A stretch of DNA of 64,000 bases, taken from the NCBI GenBank assembly GCA_038087875.1, contig CM075992.1, forward strand, positions 11,534,001 through 11,598,000, in the 5' to 3' direction. Source of the DNA: Malacoraja senta (taxonomy: Eukaryota). The notes below the pieces were generated by a model. That model saw only the letters and a program-made list of their open reading frames with translations. It ran no database searches and was not told where the DNA came from. Shown piece by piece: positions 53,080-64,000 of the stretch (position 1 is the stretch's first letter; every line of letters starts with the position of its first letter). Both the position numbers and the translations under genes were made by a program.

Positions 53080-54050
53080 ATACTTTGCATCGGAATTGAG
53101 CAAGGAGAAAGACATAGGTGATGGTGAGATCAGTGAGTGTTTAATATTCTCGGGCATGTCGATATTAAGGAAGAGCAGCTAAAGTGTGTCTTGGAGAACA
53201 TTAAGGAAGACAAGGCCATGGAACCTGATAGAATCTATCCAAGGATACTAATAGAGGCAAGGGAGGAGATACTCGAGGCCTTGACCGGGATAATCTGGGA
53301 AACTATAGGCAAGTTAGACGCCTGCTGTGGTGGCAGGCGTGACCAGGGTGCCGGTGGCGGTAAAGGCAGGGACCGCGTGAGAACAACCCAAGGGCTGCTG
53401 GCCATGGCGATGGTAGGTGTGGCCTGAGCGGTGGTGGTGGAAGCGTTGCTAACAGCAGGAGAGGCGCCACAAGCCAGGGGTGTAAGGTTGAAGACGATTT
53501 TTAAGGACAGGATTTGGTATTTGCATTTGGGAAATCATGGATTTATTGGTAATATTCAGAGTGGCTTTATGTGGGGCAGGTCCTATCTTACAAATTTGAC
53601 TGCGTTTATCGAGGTGACGACATTAAGTGATGAATGTTGGGTAATGGATGTAGTCTACATAGATGTAGTTAGTAAATCATTTGACAATGTACTTCATGAT
53701 AGGTGGGTTTAGAAGATTAAATCACATGGGATCCACGGAGATTTGGGCGATTTGATCCATATTGGCTGGGTCACAGATGACAGAGGGACTTGGAGATGTG
53801 TTTCTCTGACTGGACGTCTGTGAGCTGTGCTGATCTGTAAGTAGCAATGCTTTGTCCAATGATTTTGATGAAAATGTAAGGGAGCTGAATAATAAGTTTA
53901 CAGATAACATGAACATTGGAATTGTGGAGAGTGAGGAAGGTTGCTAATGAAAGCAGCAGGATATAATTCAGCTGGAAATTTGGGCAGAGAAATTCCAGAT
54001 GGAGTTTAATCCAGACAATTGTGGGGTGGTTGGTACATTCTAGAAGCTCA
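53080..54050 (+). mobile_element. Degenerate CR1 ORF2 remnant
   Basis: EPDRIYPRILIEAREEI; IQSGFMWGRSYLTNL; SKSFDNVLH. Confidence 0.7.
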
Positions 54051-55344
54051 ATGCAAGATCACTCATCCAAACACCACGTGTCATTCGCAGTGTTAGCCGC
54101 CCCCAGCTCATGTCGCTGCCCTGGCCGCCCGCAGTGCCGTCCACCCACGCCTTCCTCACCGTCCACAGCGCCGGCCACCCCACGCTTCCGGCGCCTCTCC
54201 TGCTGCTTGCAACGCTACCACCACCACCGCTCCGGCCACACCTACCATCGCCATGGCTAGCAGCCCCTGGGCACGCCGTCCCTGCCTTTGCCGCCACCGG
54301 CACCCTGGCCACACCTGCCACCACAGCAGCCATCGCCACCACCACCATCCCCACCACACCCATCGTTCCCATGCCCTGCCTACTGCTCTTGGCACCGAAA
54401 CCACCTCCATGGCCAATCCTTATCTGTGGTCTGGCTTCTCCTCACTTCACCCCCGGCTGCCAACAGGCCAGGGCCGTCAACTCACCTGGATTCCAGCTCC
54501 TGTTCCGGACCAAGAGTCTGAAGAAGGATGCCGACCAGAAACGTTGCCTATCCACGTTCTCCAGAGAAGCTGCCCGACCTGCTGAGTTACTCCAGCATTT
54601 TTGTCCATTGTGTATTAACCAACACCTGCAGTTGTTTGTTTCTACTATTTATACAATGATAATACCTTACTCGGTTATAGTGGACATACGGCAATAACGG
54701 ATACCAGCAGTATGAATCTTGATTTCTCCAACCCTTGCTTTCCCTCTCTCTCCGTCCCTCCCGCACTCTAGTTCTCCCACTAGTCTCACTGTCCTCCTGA
54801 TTAATTTTACTGATTGTGTGCCTCCATGTTATCTTCCCCTCAGCTAACAATGAACCATTCTACTTCTTTATCATCGTCTGATTGATCTGTCATTTTCACA
54901 CCTTACCCTTCCATATCTCTAGACTCCCTCTCCCCTCACTCGGTCTGAAGAAGCATCTTGACCCAACACGTCATGCATTCCTTCTCTCCAGAGATGCAGA
55001 GATGCAGCCTCTCTCGCTGAGTTACTCTAGCATTTTGTGTCTATTCAGTATTTACCGTATTTGGGTATATTTGGAATATTTTGTGCATTCTGGTTGACAC
55101 ACTGTGGAGGCTTTAGAAAGGATGCAGAATATTTCACCTTGCTTGCATTGGAGGCTATTAGCTCTAATGAAAGCTTGGACAAACTTGGACTGTTTCGGTT
55201 GGTGGGTTGCAGACTGAGGGGCAACTTGAAAAAGGTAAAGATGAAAAATAGGATCGATAGTCAGAGTCCTTTTCGCAGGGTTGATCGTTCAAACTCTGAA
55301 GAGCATAGGTTTAAGATGTGAGAGGAAGTTTAAAAGAAATCTGC

Positions 55345-58162
55345 TTTTTTTTGTTGCTTTAAAAAAAAAAAAAAATTATTAGAAGTTTTGTACAATACAG
55401 TGATCTCAAACAAACATAAAATTATACATTTCTTGTACCACTTCTTATTTTAAACTTTAATAAGAAAAAGGATAGAAAGAGTGAGCAAAGATAGTAAGTG
55501 AGTGATTGAAAGAGTGGTCCAGGAACCCCCATATGGACCTAAACCACAAGAAAGAGTTAAACAAAAGAGAAAAACCAAAAGAAAGAAAAAGAAAAAAAAG
55601 TAAGATAAGATAGGACAATATAAAAGGGATGTACCTACTTCATATCTTTACTCACCCCTCGCCAGGTCCTGAAACCATTTATTATCAACATTTTGTTGCA
55701 CCCTATATTTGTAATAAGTCGATAAATGGAGACCAAATCTTTTGGAATTGGTCTGGTTTACCTGCTAAGAGGAATCTCATATCTTCTAGGTGTAACAGTT
55801 CCGACATATTAGAAATCCACATTTTTGTCGTTGGCGTGGGAGCGGTTTTCCAAAATTTCAGTATAAGTTTTTTTGCCGTTATTAAGCCATAATTAAGAAA
55901 GCTCCTTTGAAACGAAGTCAGCTCCAAACTGGCTTCGATTGTTCCAAAAATGATCAGTTCTGCATTCGGTTTCAGTTTTATTTTAAATAATTTTGTGAAA
56001 ATTTCAAAGATTTCATTCCAAAATTTTTGAATTTTTATACAAAAAACAAAAGAATGTGCTATAGTTGCTTCTTGGGTTAGACATTTATCACAGATAGAAG
56101 AGACATTTGGGTAAAATTTACTTATTTTAGCTTCTGAATAATATAATCTATGTAAGATTTTGAATTGAATTAGAATGTGTCTTACGTTAATCGAGCATTT
56201 ATGCACATATAACAAGTGTTTATCTCAACTCTCTTTCGAGATTTGGGATATGATCAGACCATCAGATGATGGTATTTCTATATTTAGGATGGTATTATAC
56301 AGGTATGATATTAAATTAGTTGATTCCGCTTTTATATTCATTGTCTCGTCTAATAGGTCTGGAGACATATTTTGATATTCTTGTGTATATTTGTTCAAAT
56401 AGTCACGTATTTGAAAATATTTAAAACATTGATTACTCCTCAAGTTGTATTTAAGTTGTAGTTGGTGAAATGTTAAAAAAACTTCCATTATCATACATAT
56501 CTCCAAACATTTTAATTCCTAATCTATCCCAGTGTGTAAACGATTTATCTATCGTAGAAGGTTTAAACGAAGGGTTATTCGTTATAGGTGAAAGAAGCGA
56601 TAGATTTCTTAATTTTAAAGTTAATTTTGTTTGTTTCCAAATTCTAATTGTACTATGGATAATTGGATTTTTACTATATATTGTATTCTTCATTTTTGTT
56701 GGTGAGAGAAGGATCGCTCCTATATTAAAAGGGGAACAATCCTCTCTCTCCATTACTATCCAATCCTCCTGCTGGGCCGAGTTGTCCAACAGGTGAATCA
56801 TATTTTTGACATTTGCAGCCCAGTAATAATACAAACAATTAGGGAGTGATAATCCGCCAAATTCTTTAGGTTTGCACAGATGTCTTCTTTGAATTCTATG
56901 GGATTTATAGTCCCATATAAAATTTGTAATATCAGCATCCAGTTTTTAAAAACAAATTTTTGGTAAGTATATCAGTATTGACTGGAATAGATATAAAATT
57001 TGTGGTAAAATAATCATTTCTATAGCATTTATTCGGCCTATTAGAGACATCGGGAGAGTTTTCCAAAATGTAATCAGTATGTTTAGTTTATTGAGTAAGG
57101 GCATATAGTTTGCATTAAATAAAGATTTATATTTTCTAGTAATTTCAATTCCCAAATATTTGAATTTTTCTGAAGCGATTTTAAAAGGGAATTTTAACAG
57201 GTGTGTTGGGTCTTGAGGTTTTATCGTCATAATTTCACTTTTATTCCAATTTATTCTATATCCTGAAAAGGATCCAAATTCCTCACTTAGATTTAATATA
57301 TTTGGTATACTGATTTGTGATTTTGTAATATATAATAGTACATCATCTGCATATAATGATATTTTATTATTTGAGTATTTTGTATTATAACCATGGATGT
57401 TCGGATATATTCTAATACTTTCCGCTTACGGTTCTATTACAAGAGCAAATAGCAGAGGTGATAATGAACATCCCTGTCTATTTCCCCTTGATAATTGAAA
57501 TTTCGGGGACAACATATTATTAGTTAATATTCTGGCAGTAGGCCTGTCATATAATAATTTTACCCAAGCGATAAAATTCTTTCTCATTTGAAAATTTTGC
57601 AATACTTTAACAAGGTAATCCCATTCCACTTGATCGAATGCTTTTTCTGCATCCAATGAAATAATTGATAAGTCTTGTTCTTCAGTTTTATATGAGTGCA
57701 TTATATTAAACAGACGTCTCATATTATTGCATGAGTATCTTTTGGGTATAAACCCGGTTAGATCCGCATTTATTAATTTACTAACATATTTACGTAATCT
57801 TCTAGCTAATGTTTTCGCTAATATGTTTTGTTCTGTATTTAACAGCGCAATAGCTCTATAAGAACCCGGGTCTTCTAAATCTTTATCTTTTTTAGGTATA
57901 AGTGTAATCGTTGATTCCGCTAGTGTTTCTGGAAGTGTATGTTCTTTAAAAGTATATGTATACATTTTATGTAACCGTGGTGTAATTATCTCGTAGAATC
58001 TTTTATAAAATTCATTACTAAAACCATCTGGTCCTGGTGTTTTTCCATTCTTTAATGAATTTATTGTTTCTTCTATTTCCTTAGTTGAGATTTGTGCACC
58101 TAATTCCTCTTGTTCGATCAAATTAAGTTTTGGGAGATTACAATTATCCAAGAACTCTATAA
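55345..58162 (-). mobile_element. 5'-truncated L1-clade LINE, ORF2 pseudogene (RT and C-terminal Cys-rich domain)
   Basis: GKTPGPDGFSNEFY, SLDAEKAFDQV, GNRQGCSLSPLLF, YADD region, CDKC..H..C in ORF 55703-56215; AT-rich; T run at the 3' end. Confidence 0.92.
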
Positions 58163-58240
58163 ACAGGGGGAAAAAAATGGGGAAAAAAATAAAATAAATT
58201 TGCAAGGCACTTTTTAAACATAGTGGGACTTAGTACAGGC

Positions 58241-58656
58241 AATAGACAATAGACAATAGGTGCAGGAGTAGGCAATTAAGCCCTTCGAGGCAGCACCGCC
58301 ATTCAGTGTGATCATGGCTGATCATCCCCAATCAGTACCCCATTCCTGCCTTCTCCCCGTATCTCCTGACTCCGATATCTTTAAGAGCCCTATCCAACTC
58401 TCTCTTGAAAGTATCCAGAGAACCGGCCTCCACCGCCCTCTGACGCAGAGAATTCCACAGACTCACAACTCTCTGTGAGAAAAAGTGTTTCCTCGTCTCC
58501 GTTCTAATTGTCACCCCTTATTCCTAAACTGTGGCCCCTGGTTCTGGACTCCCCCAACATTGGGAACTTGTTCCCTGCCTCTAGCGTGTCCAAACCCTTA
58601 ACAATCTTATACATTTCAATAAGATCCGCTCTCATCCTTCTAAACTCCAGAGTATA
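58241..58656 (-). mobile_element. CR1 3' fragment split by the Helitron; continues at 61853-61937
   Basis: CTAAACTCCAGAGTATA | CAAGCCCAGCC rejoins to match the intact CR1 at about 2800-2830. Confidence 0.88.
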
Positions 58657-59579
58657 CTAGACTAAGTGGGACCCGTTGGGTCCCAGCATCACACGGGAGG
58701 GCTGGTCACCAACGCAATATTCCACCCCTCCACCAATTCCAATATTGCTGGCCAGTGGGGGGGAGGGGGGGGGGGCTTTCTGTTGCGCTTGTATGGGTGT
58801 TGTGGGCCGAAGATACTGGTTTCCAGAGGGCTAGTATAAACATTGTGGGCCAAATGGATTCTTGGGCTGGCAGCTCAGACACTGAGGCCTGGCAGTACAG
58901 TCACTCGAACCTGCCAGGCTGGCAGCTGAGAAACTGCCAGAAATTCTGCCCAAAACAGGTGACAGACTGTGTGAGAGAGAAGGGGGAGAGGGTGGACTGA
59001 ATGGATTATTGGGCTGGCAGTTCAGTCACTTACGGCTGGTGGGCTGGCAGTTCACTGTCTCACGGCTTGTGGGCTGGCAGTGCAGTCATTCACGCCTGGT
59101 ACACTGGCAGTTCATTCAGTCACCCTACCCTTCATCCCCCCACTCTGCTCCTTGCCATTCCCCTCCGCCCCACACATTCAGTCCATCTCCCTACAACCTC
59201 CCCCCATGCACTCTTAGCGGGTCTCCCACAGAGCAGCCATTCCTGCCTATTAGGTTCCCATTGTGATGAAGAACATGCAGGCATGAAAAGTGGAAAAAGG
59301 ATTTATTAAAGTTTAAATTGTGAATTACTCTTAAATTATAAGAACAAATTAAATGTTAAAGATGAGAATCATTAAGTTCTTTCTTGTTGTGTCTCTTGTT
59401 GTGTTCTGCTGCTCACTGCTTCTTGATTGCCATTTGCTGTTGATAAAAAAAGAGACAATTTTAATATAGAGAGATTGAGCGGTTGTAATTTGTTGTAATT
59501 CTCAATCCTCTGGACTCACTGAAGAATTTGTGCGAAACATGTTTTGAGGCGGGGGCTGTCAGGGTGGGGTGGGGGTGGC

Positions 59580-59717
59580 TTCTTCATCTTTCGTGTAGTG
59601 TGCACAGCCTAAAGTTGTAGGACAACTTGTTCTATTTGATCTTCTGTTTGTGCACGTCGCGTTGATTGCATTAGTCGAAACAGGGCGGACCACGTGAAGG
59701 TTGCAATCTTCCACCCC
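59580..59717 (-). mobile_element. 138-bp ribozyme-headed non-autonomous retroposon (possibly Ingi/Vingi- or RTE-related)
   Basis: 9-bp TSD GGGGGTGGC (59571-59579 and 59718-59726); 5' HDV-like fold; structured 3' half; GAAAGATGAAGAA tail. Confidence 0.85.
59664..59717 (-). ncRNA. Minimal HDV/CPEB3-like self-cleaving ribozyme (54 nt, predicted)
   Basis: P1 GGGGUGG/CCGCCCU, P2 GAUUGCA/UGCAAUC, P3 ACC/GGU, L3 UUCACGU, tiny P4 U-UUCG-A, J4/2 CUAA. Confidence 0.85.
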
Positions 59718-60199
59718 GGGGGTGGCAAACATCCTGCAGCCAAGGAAGGGGGACAGCTTCAGGCGGGGGCTCTCGTGGGCTGATGAGGGAGGGGGTGTTC
59801 TGCAGCAGGGATGGATGCGGCTTCAGGAGGGGGAGCATCCTATAGCCATGTGGAGGGCAGCATCTTGAGGTGGGGATGCCAGTGGGGGGGGGGGGGGGGG
59901 GGGGCGGCAGTGAGTGGCCCACTCATGGCCTCTGGACTCACTACCTTGGGACTAACTCATGGTCTCTGGACTGACAAACTCACTCATCGCCTCTGGACTG
60001 ACATACTGAATCACGGCTTGTGGACTGACTGACTGACTTATGCCCGACTTCTGGAGTCACGTCCAACTTTTGTAAGCTGAAAACTGTAACATCCACATTG
60101 AGGAACAGCCTCTTTCTGACAGCCATCAGGCTATTAAACATAACGAATAAGCTCTGAACTACGAAAGACTATATTATTTGTACTATTTGTTATTTGTTG

Positions 60200-60333
60200 A
60201 TCACACACACACCCTCCACCTCACATAGACACTCAAACACACAGACTCTCACACACACAGACACACTCACATACACAGACACACTCTCAGACACACACAC
60301 AGACTCTCAGACACACACACACACACATACACA

Positions 60334-60364
<31 letters not shown>

Positions 60365-60400
60365 ACAGACTCACTCAGAGTCACACACAGACTCACAACC
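60200..60400. repeat. Imperfect (CA)n microsatellite
   Basis: Directly visible. Confidence 0.95.
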
Positions 60401-60812
60401 AATACTAAAATGCCAAGTAATTTCAGAACGTGGTAAACATACAGTGTGTAAACCGAATGATTCAAACGTTTAAAGTCTCCTGTAGAGGCGCTGCTGCTGA
60501 AGCAAAAACGTGCTTTAAATAACGTCCAACAAACACACTCACCATAGACAGAGCAGTAAGCTCTCTTGAATTATTCAACAACGTCTTCACTATGCCTTCT
60601 GCAGTCAGTGCCATCTTGCCATGAACCGGAAATGACGCAGTCAGCGCCATCTTGACGCTAACCGGGAATGATGTAATCGGCGCCATCTTGCCACTAAGCT
60701 GAAGTCACGGAATGAGCGCCAATTTTGCAATTAAACACAGTCCTGATCTAATAAAATGTTTATTCACGCTTTATCCATCCGAAAACTGTTGCAACGATTT
60801 GAAAAACCAATC

Positions 60813-61490
60813 CGAGGCCAACAATTGGGCAGCAGCCACCCGACAAACAAAATTCATTTTGTGAACACAAACTTTTTTTAAAAGGCGAGGCAAACAATTG
60901 GGCAGCAGCCACCTGACAACCAAAATTCATTTTGTGAACACAAACTTTTTAAAAAGGCGAGGCAAACAATTGGGCAGCAGCCACCTGACAACCAAAATTC
61001 ATTTTGTGAACACAAACTTTTTTAAAAAGCGAGGCAAACAATTGGGCAGCAGCCACCTGACAATCAAAATTCATTTTGTGAACACAAACTTTAAAAAAAG
61101 GCGAGGCAAACAATTGGGCAGCAGCCACCTGACAACCAAAATTCATTTTGTGAACACAAACTTTTTTTAAAGGCGTGGCAAACAATTGGGCAGCAGCCAC
61201 CTGACAACCAAAATTCATTTTGTGTAAACAAACTTTTTTAAAAGGCGAGGCAAACAATTGGGCAGCAGCCACCTGACAACCAAAATTCATTTTGTGAACA
61301 CAAACATTTTTTAAAAGGCGAGGCAAACAATAGGGCAGCAGCCACCTGACAATCAAAATTCATTTTGTGAACACAAACCTTTTTAAAAGGCGAGGCAAAC
61401 AATTGGGCAGCAGCCACCTGACAACCAAAATTCATTTTGTGAACACAAACTTTTTTAAAAGGCGAGGCAAACAATTGGGCAGCAGCTACT
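60813..61490. repeat. About 72-bp tandem repeat, 9 full units, inside the Helitron
   Basis: GGGCAGCAG recurs 10 times at 72-73 bp spacing. Confidence 0.95.
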
Positions 61491-63704
61491 TTACAGCCGC
61501 ATCGAGGGGACTCACCATGGAGTAGACATGCGTTCAGTGTTATTCGCAGCTCAGAGAGCCGTGACCCTCTCGCTTCCTGGGTCTGGCAGAGACTGAGTGA
61601 GGCACTACACTTCCGGGTTTTATAGTCCCTCCCCCCTGCCGCCAGCGGGTCAGCAGAGAGAACGGTTAATTTTTAAAAAACATTAATATCTCTCTGATTT
61701 TTCATCGATGGGAAAAATTCTCCGGTCCTGGAAGGCGGAGGGGGGCTCTGAGCGAGGTGGCCAAAAATGACATCTGTAGGTGGCGGCGTTCTCTCAGAAA
61801 TCTCAGCACAGTGAGTCAAAAGCGGTCAAGATCAGACTTTTAGTAATATAGACAAGCCCAGCCGCTTCATTCTCTCAGTATATGACAGTCCCGCCATCCC
61901 GGGAATTAACCTTGTGAACCTACGCTGCACTCCCTCACTAGCAAGGCAGTGGGCACTAACTGTAGACAGGTGTACACTGGTGTAGACAGTCAGCATTCTG
62001 TAGACGGTGGTGTAGTCAGTGTTTACCAACCACAAATGTTCTCGCAAGTTCTGACCAATTGATGCATGTGGCCAAGTGCAGGAAGGAATCTCAGTCCTGG
62101 GTTTTAGGAATGACTTCTTGTTCTCCAGGGCATAAGACGATAAGACTATGGAAAAGAATTAGGCCATTCAGCCTATCAACTTTACTCTGTCATTCAATCA
62201 TGACTGATCAATTCTTCTCTTTCATCCCCATTCTCCTGCCTTCCCGTAACCAAGGATTTCAAAGGCACATTTGGTCTAAACCGCCCTTGCTCAGTAACTC
62301 TTTGAATATTTCATGTCTAGACCACACCTTCTTACAAGTTATGAGAAATAATTATTAAAAGAGGAATGTGAACATATTAACAAGACCCACAGATCAGGAT
62401 GAAACTTTTATTCAATAAAGGCCTGGCATTTAAAAAATATTGCATTTCCATGTATCAGTACAGTAACAAGGTGTAACCAGCTTGCCCTTCCTGCTTCCTC
62501 CGTATGAGCCGGTGAAACCTCCTTTGTCTCACCTGCGGCAGTTACAGGGCAAACCCGGGGCACTGGGAACCACAGCCATGCTCAGCACTGGCTGCATTTT
62601 CATTCATCAGCCTCAGGCAAAGGCAGGGTTGAGTGTTCCATCCCACACTGTCTTTGAGAGGGTGACAATGGGAGGTCCATCCATGAACCACTCCACCCAG
62701 ATAATGTGGTGGTGAGATGGTGGTGGGTATCACTCAATGGTGACGGCTATTAGCTGGTGCCGAGGGGCTGGAGGGGCAGCAGCTCAACTCTCAGCTGCAA
62801 CTTCTTGCCTCTTTCTTCCGAAGTTTGTAGCAAATTGAAACAGAGCGATGGAGGTAAGAATGGGGAGAGGGTGGCAACAGCAATGGGGCAGTCCCAGTGG
62901 AGAGGCGAGTTACAGTCCCAAGCAAAGAGAGTCAGTGCGCTGTTGCTCTTGTGCTCTCTGTCTCTCGCTTTAGAAGCAGCTGTAGCAAGCTCTGCAGGGC
63001 TCTCGTGCTTTCAATCACATTCCCATCTCATGAACGCTTCTTGGGCCCTGTAAGGAAGCAGACAAGACATCGAGATCAGAAACTAACCACGTGGCAGCTT
63101 GTCGGGGCCAGGGCACCTGCTGGCTTTGGCTGAGGCAGCAGAGAACTAATGTTCTCATGAGCAGGACACCAGCACATCAGCCCTGCCAACCCCCACCATG
63201 GCACAGCCGGCAACACCACGAGAGCCAACACAGACCATCACTGCACCTGGGGCTGTCTGAGGTGATAGATGGGGGCAAAGGGTGAGGAGAGCGAGTGTCT
63301 TGGTGTGCGGGGAACAGTTTGTGGGTGCAGTGAGTGGCCGAGTTGGAGGATGAATATTTGGAGGAAGCATGTTTACAGTTTGTGGGAGAGTGTGTGAATG
63401 AGTGTGGGGAGTGTGTGTGTCAGCTTGTGTGACACTGAGTGGGTGGATATATGGCCAATGATGCAGGTTTGTATGTGGGTGTGTGGGAGGCAGTTTATGG
63501 GCTAATGTGTGGGGAATGGCTGGTGATGCTGTGTAGCACGACAGTGTAACCTGATCTAGGCAGTGTGGGCCATGGCCGGGCCAATGAGTGGAGCATTGGT
63601 CAGGTTCATTGGGATTTGGGTGGGTGAGTGCAGACTTGTGTACAATTGTAGGGTAGTGTGTGAATGGAGTGATCCCCTTACTCCAACAGCCACAGGACAA
63701 TGTG

Positions 63705-63932
63705 ACATTGTGGGTGTCAGAGAACATGCTGCAGATCTGTGCCAGAGACCCGGGTTCGATCCTGACCTCAGGTGCTGTCTTTGTGAAATGTGGATGTTCG
63801 TCCTGTGACTGCATGGGTTTCCTCCGGGTGCTCCACTTTTCTCCTCGACCCAAAGAAATGTTGGTTACTTGGCCGCTGTAAATTTGCCCTTAGTGTGTAG
63901 GGAGTGGATGCACAAATGGGATAACATAGAAT
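63705..63932 (+). mobile_element. V-SINE (HE1-like)
   Basis: GACCCGGGTTCGATCC B box; GGGTTTCCTCCGGGTGCTCC core. Confidence 0.8.
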
Positions 63933-64000
63933 ATATTATGAACGTTTACAGTTTTGGTCACCCTGCTCTAGGAAGGAGGTCACTCAGCTGGAAAGAGTGC

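Larger units (their letters stand above)
58657..61852 (-). mobile_element. Non-autonomous Helitron (3196 bp)
   Basis: Minus strand starts TCTATATTACTAAAAG and ends with hairpin GGGACCC-AAC-GGGTCCC then ACTTAGTCTAG; no TSD; inserted 5' of a T. Confidence 0.88.

Noticed and set aside
54110..54697. Pro/Ala/Thr-rich 195-aa ORF
   Set aside because: GC-rich low-complexity sequence running into a Penelope terminal motif; open in several frames
60813..61490. 72-bp array as a CRISPR array or repeat protein
   Set aside because: Units are contiguous with no unique spacers and no cas genes; ORFs arise from the 72-bp period and break at T-run indels
62480..63300. Possible host exons or transposase remnant
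   Set aside because: No frame with a recognisable motif or convincing splice pair; left unannotated

Overview
This is eukaryotic, almost entirely repeat-derived DNA with no host gene I can recognise and one 200-N gap (11749-11948). The repeat set (V-SINE/HE1-like tRNA SINEs, CR1 LINEs with short tandem tails, Penelope-like elements, L1) suggests a cartilaginous fish such as a skate or ray; that is inference. Main contents: four decayed DIRS1-type tyrosine-recombinase retrotransposons on the minus strand, three with a readable right terminus and internal complementary region (ICR), two of them forming a nested composite. There are also many CR1 copies, Neptune-type Penelope fragments with minimal hammerhead motifs, a 5'-truncated L1, a Harbinger-like MITE and a 3.2-kb non-autonomous Helitron. 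The strongest finding is a 138-bp retroposon inside the Helitron (59580-59717, minus). Its first 54 nt fold into a complete minimal HDV/CPEB3-like ribozyme, and the predicted cleavage site sits exactly at the target-site duplication. A 95-nt U2 snRNA 5' fragment also lies inside a DIRS recombinase gene. All alignments and folds were done by eye; no searches were run, and element boundaries without stated junctions are approximate.
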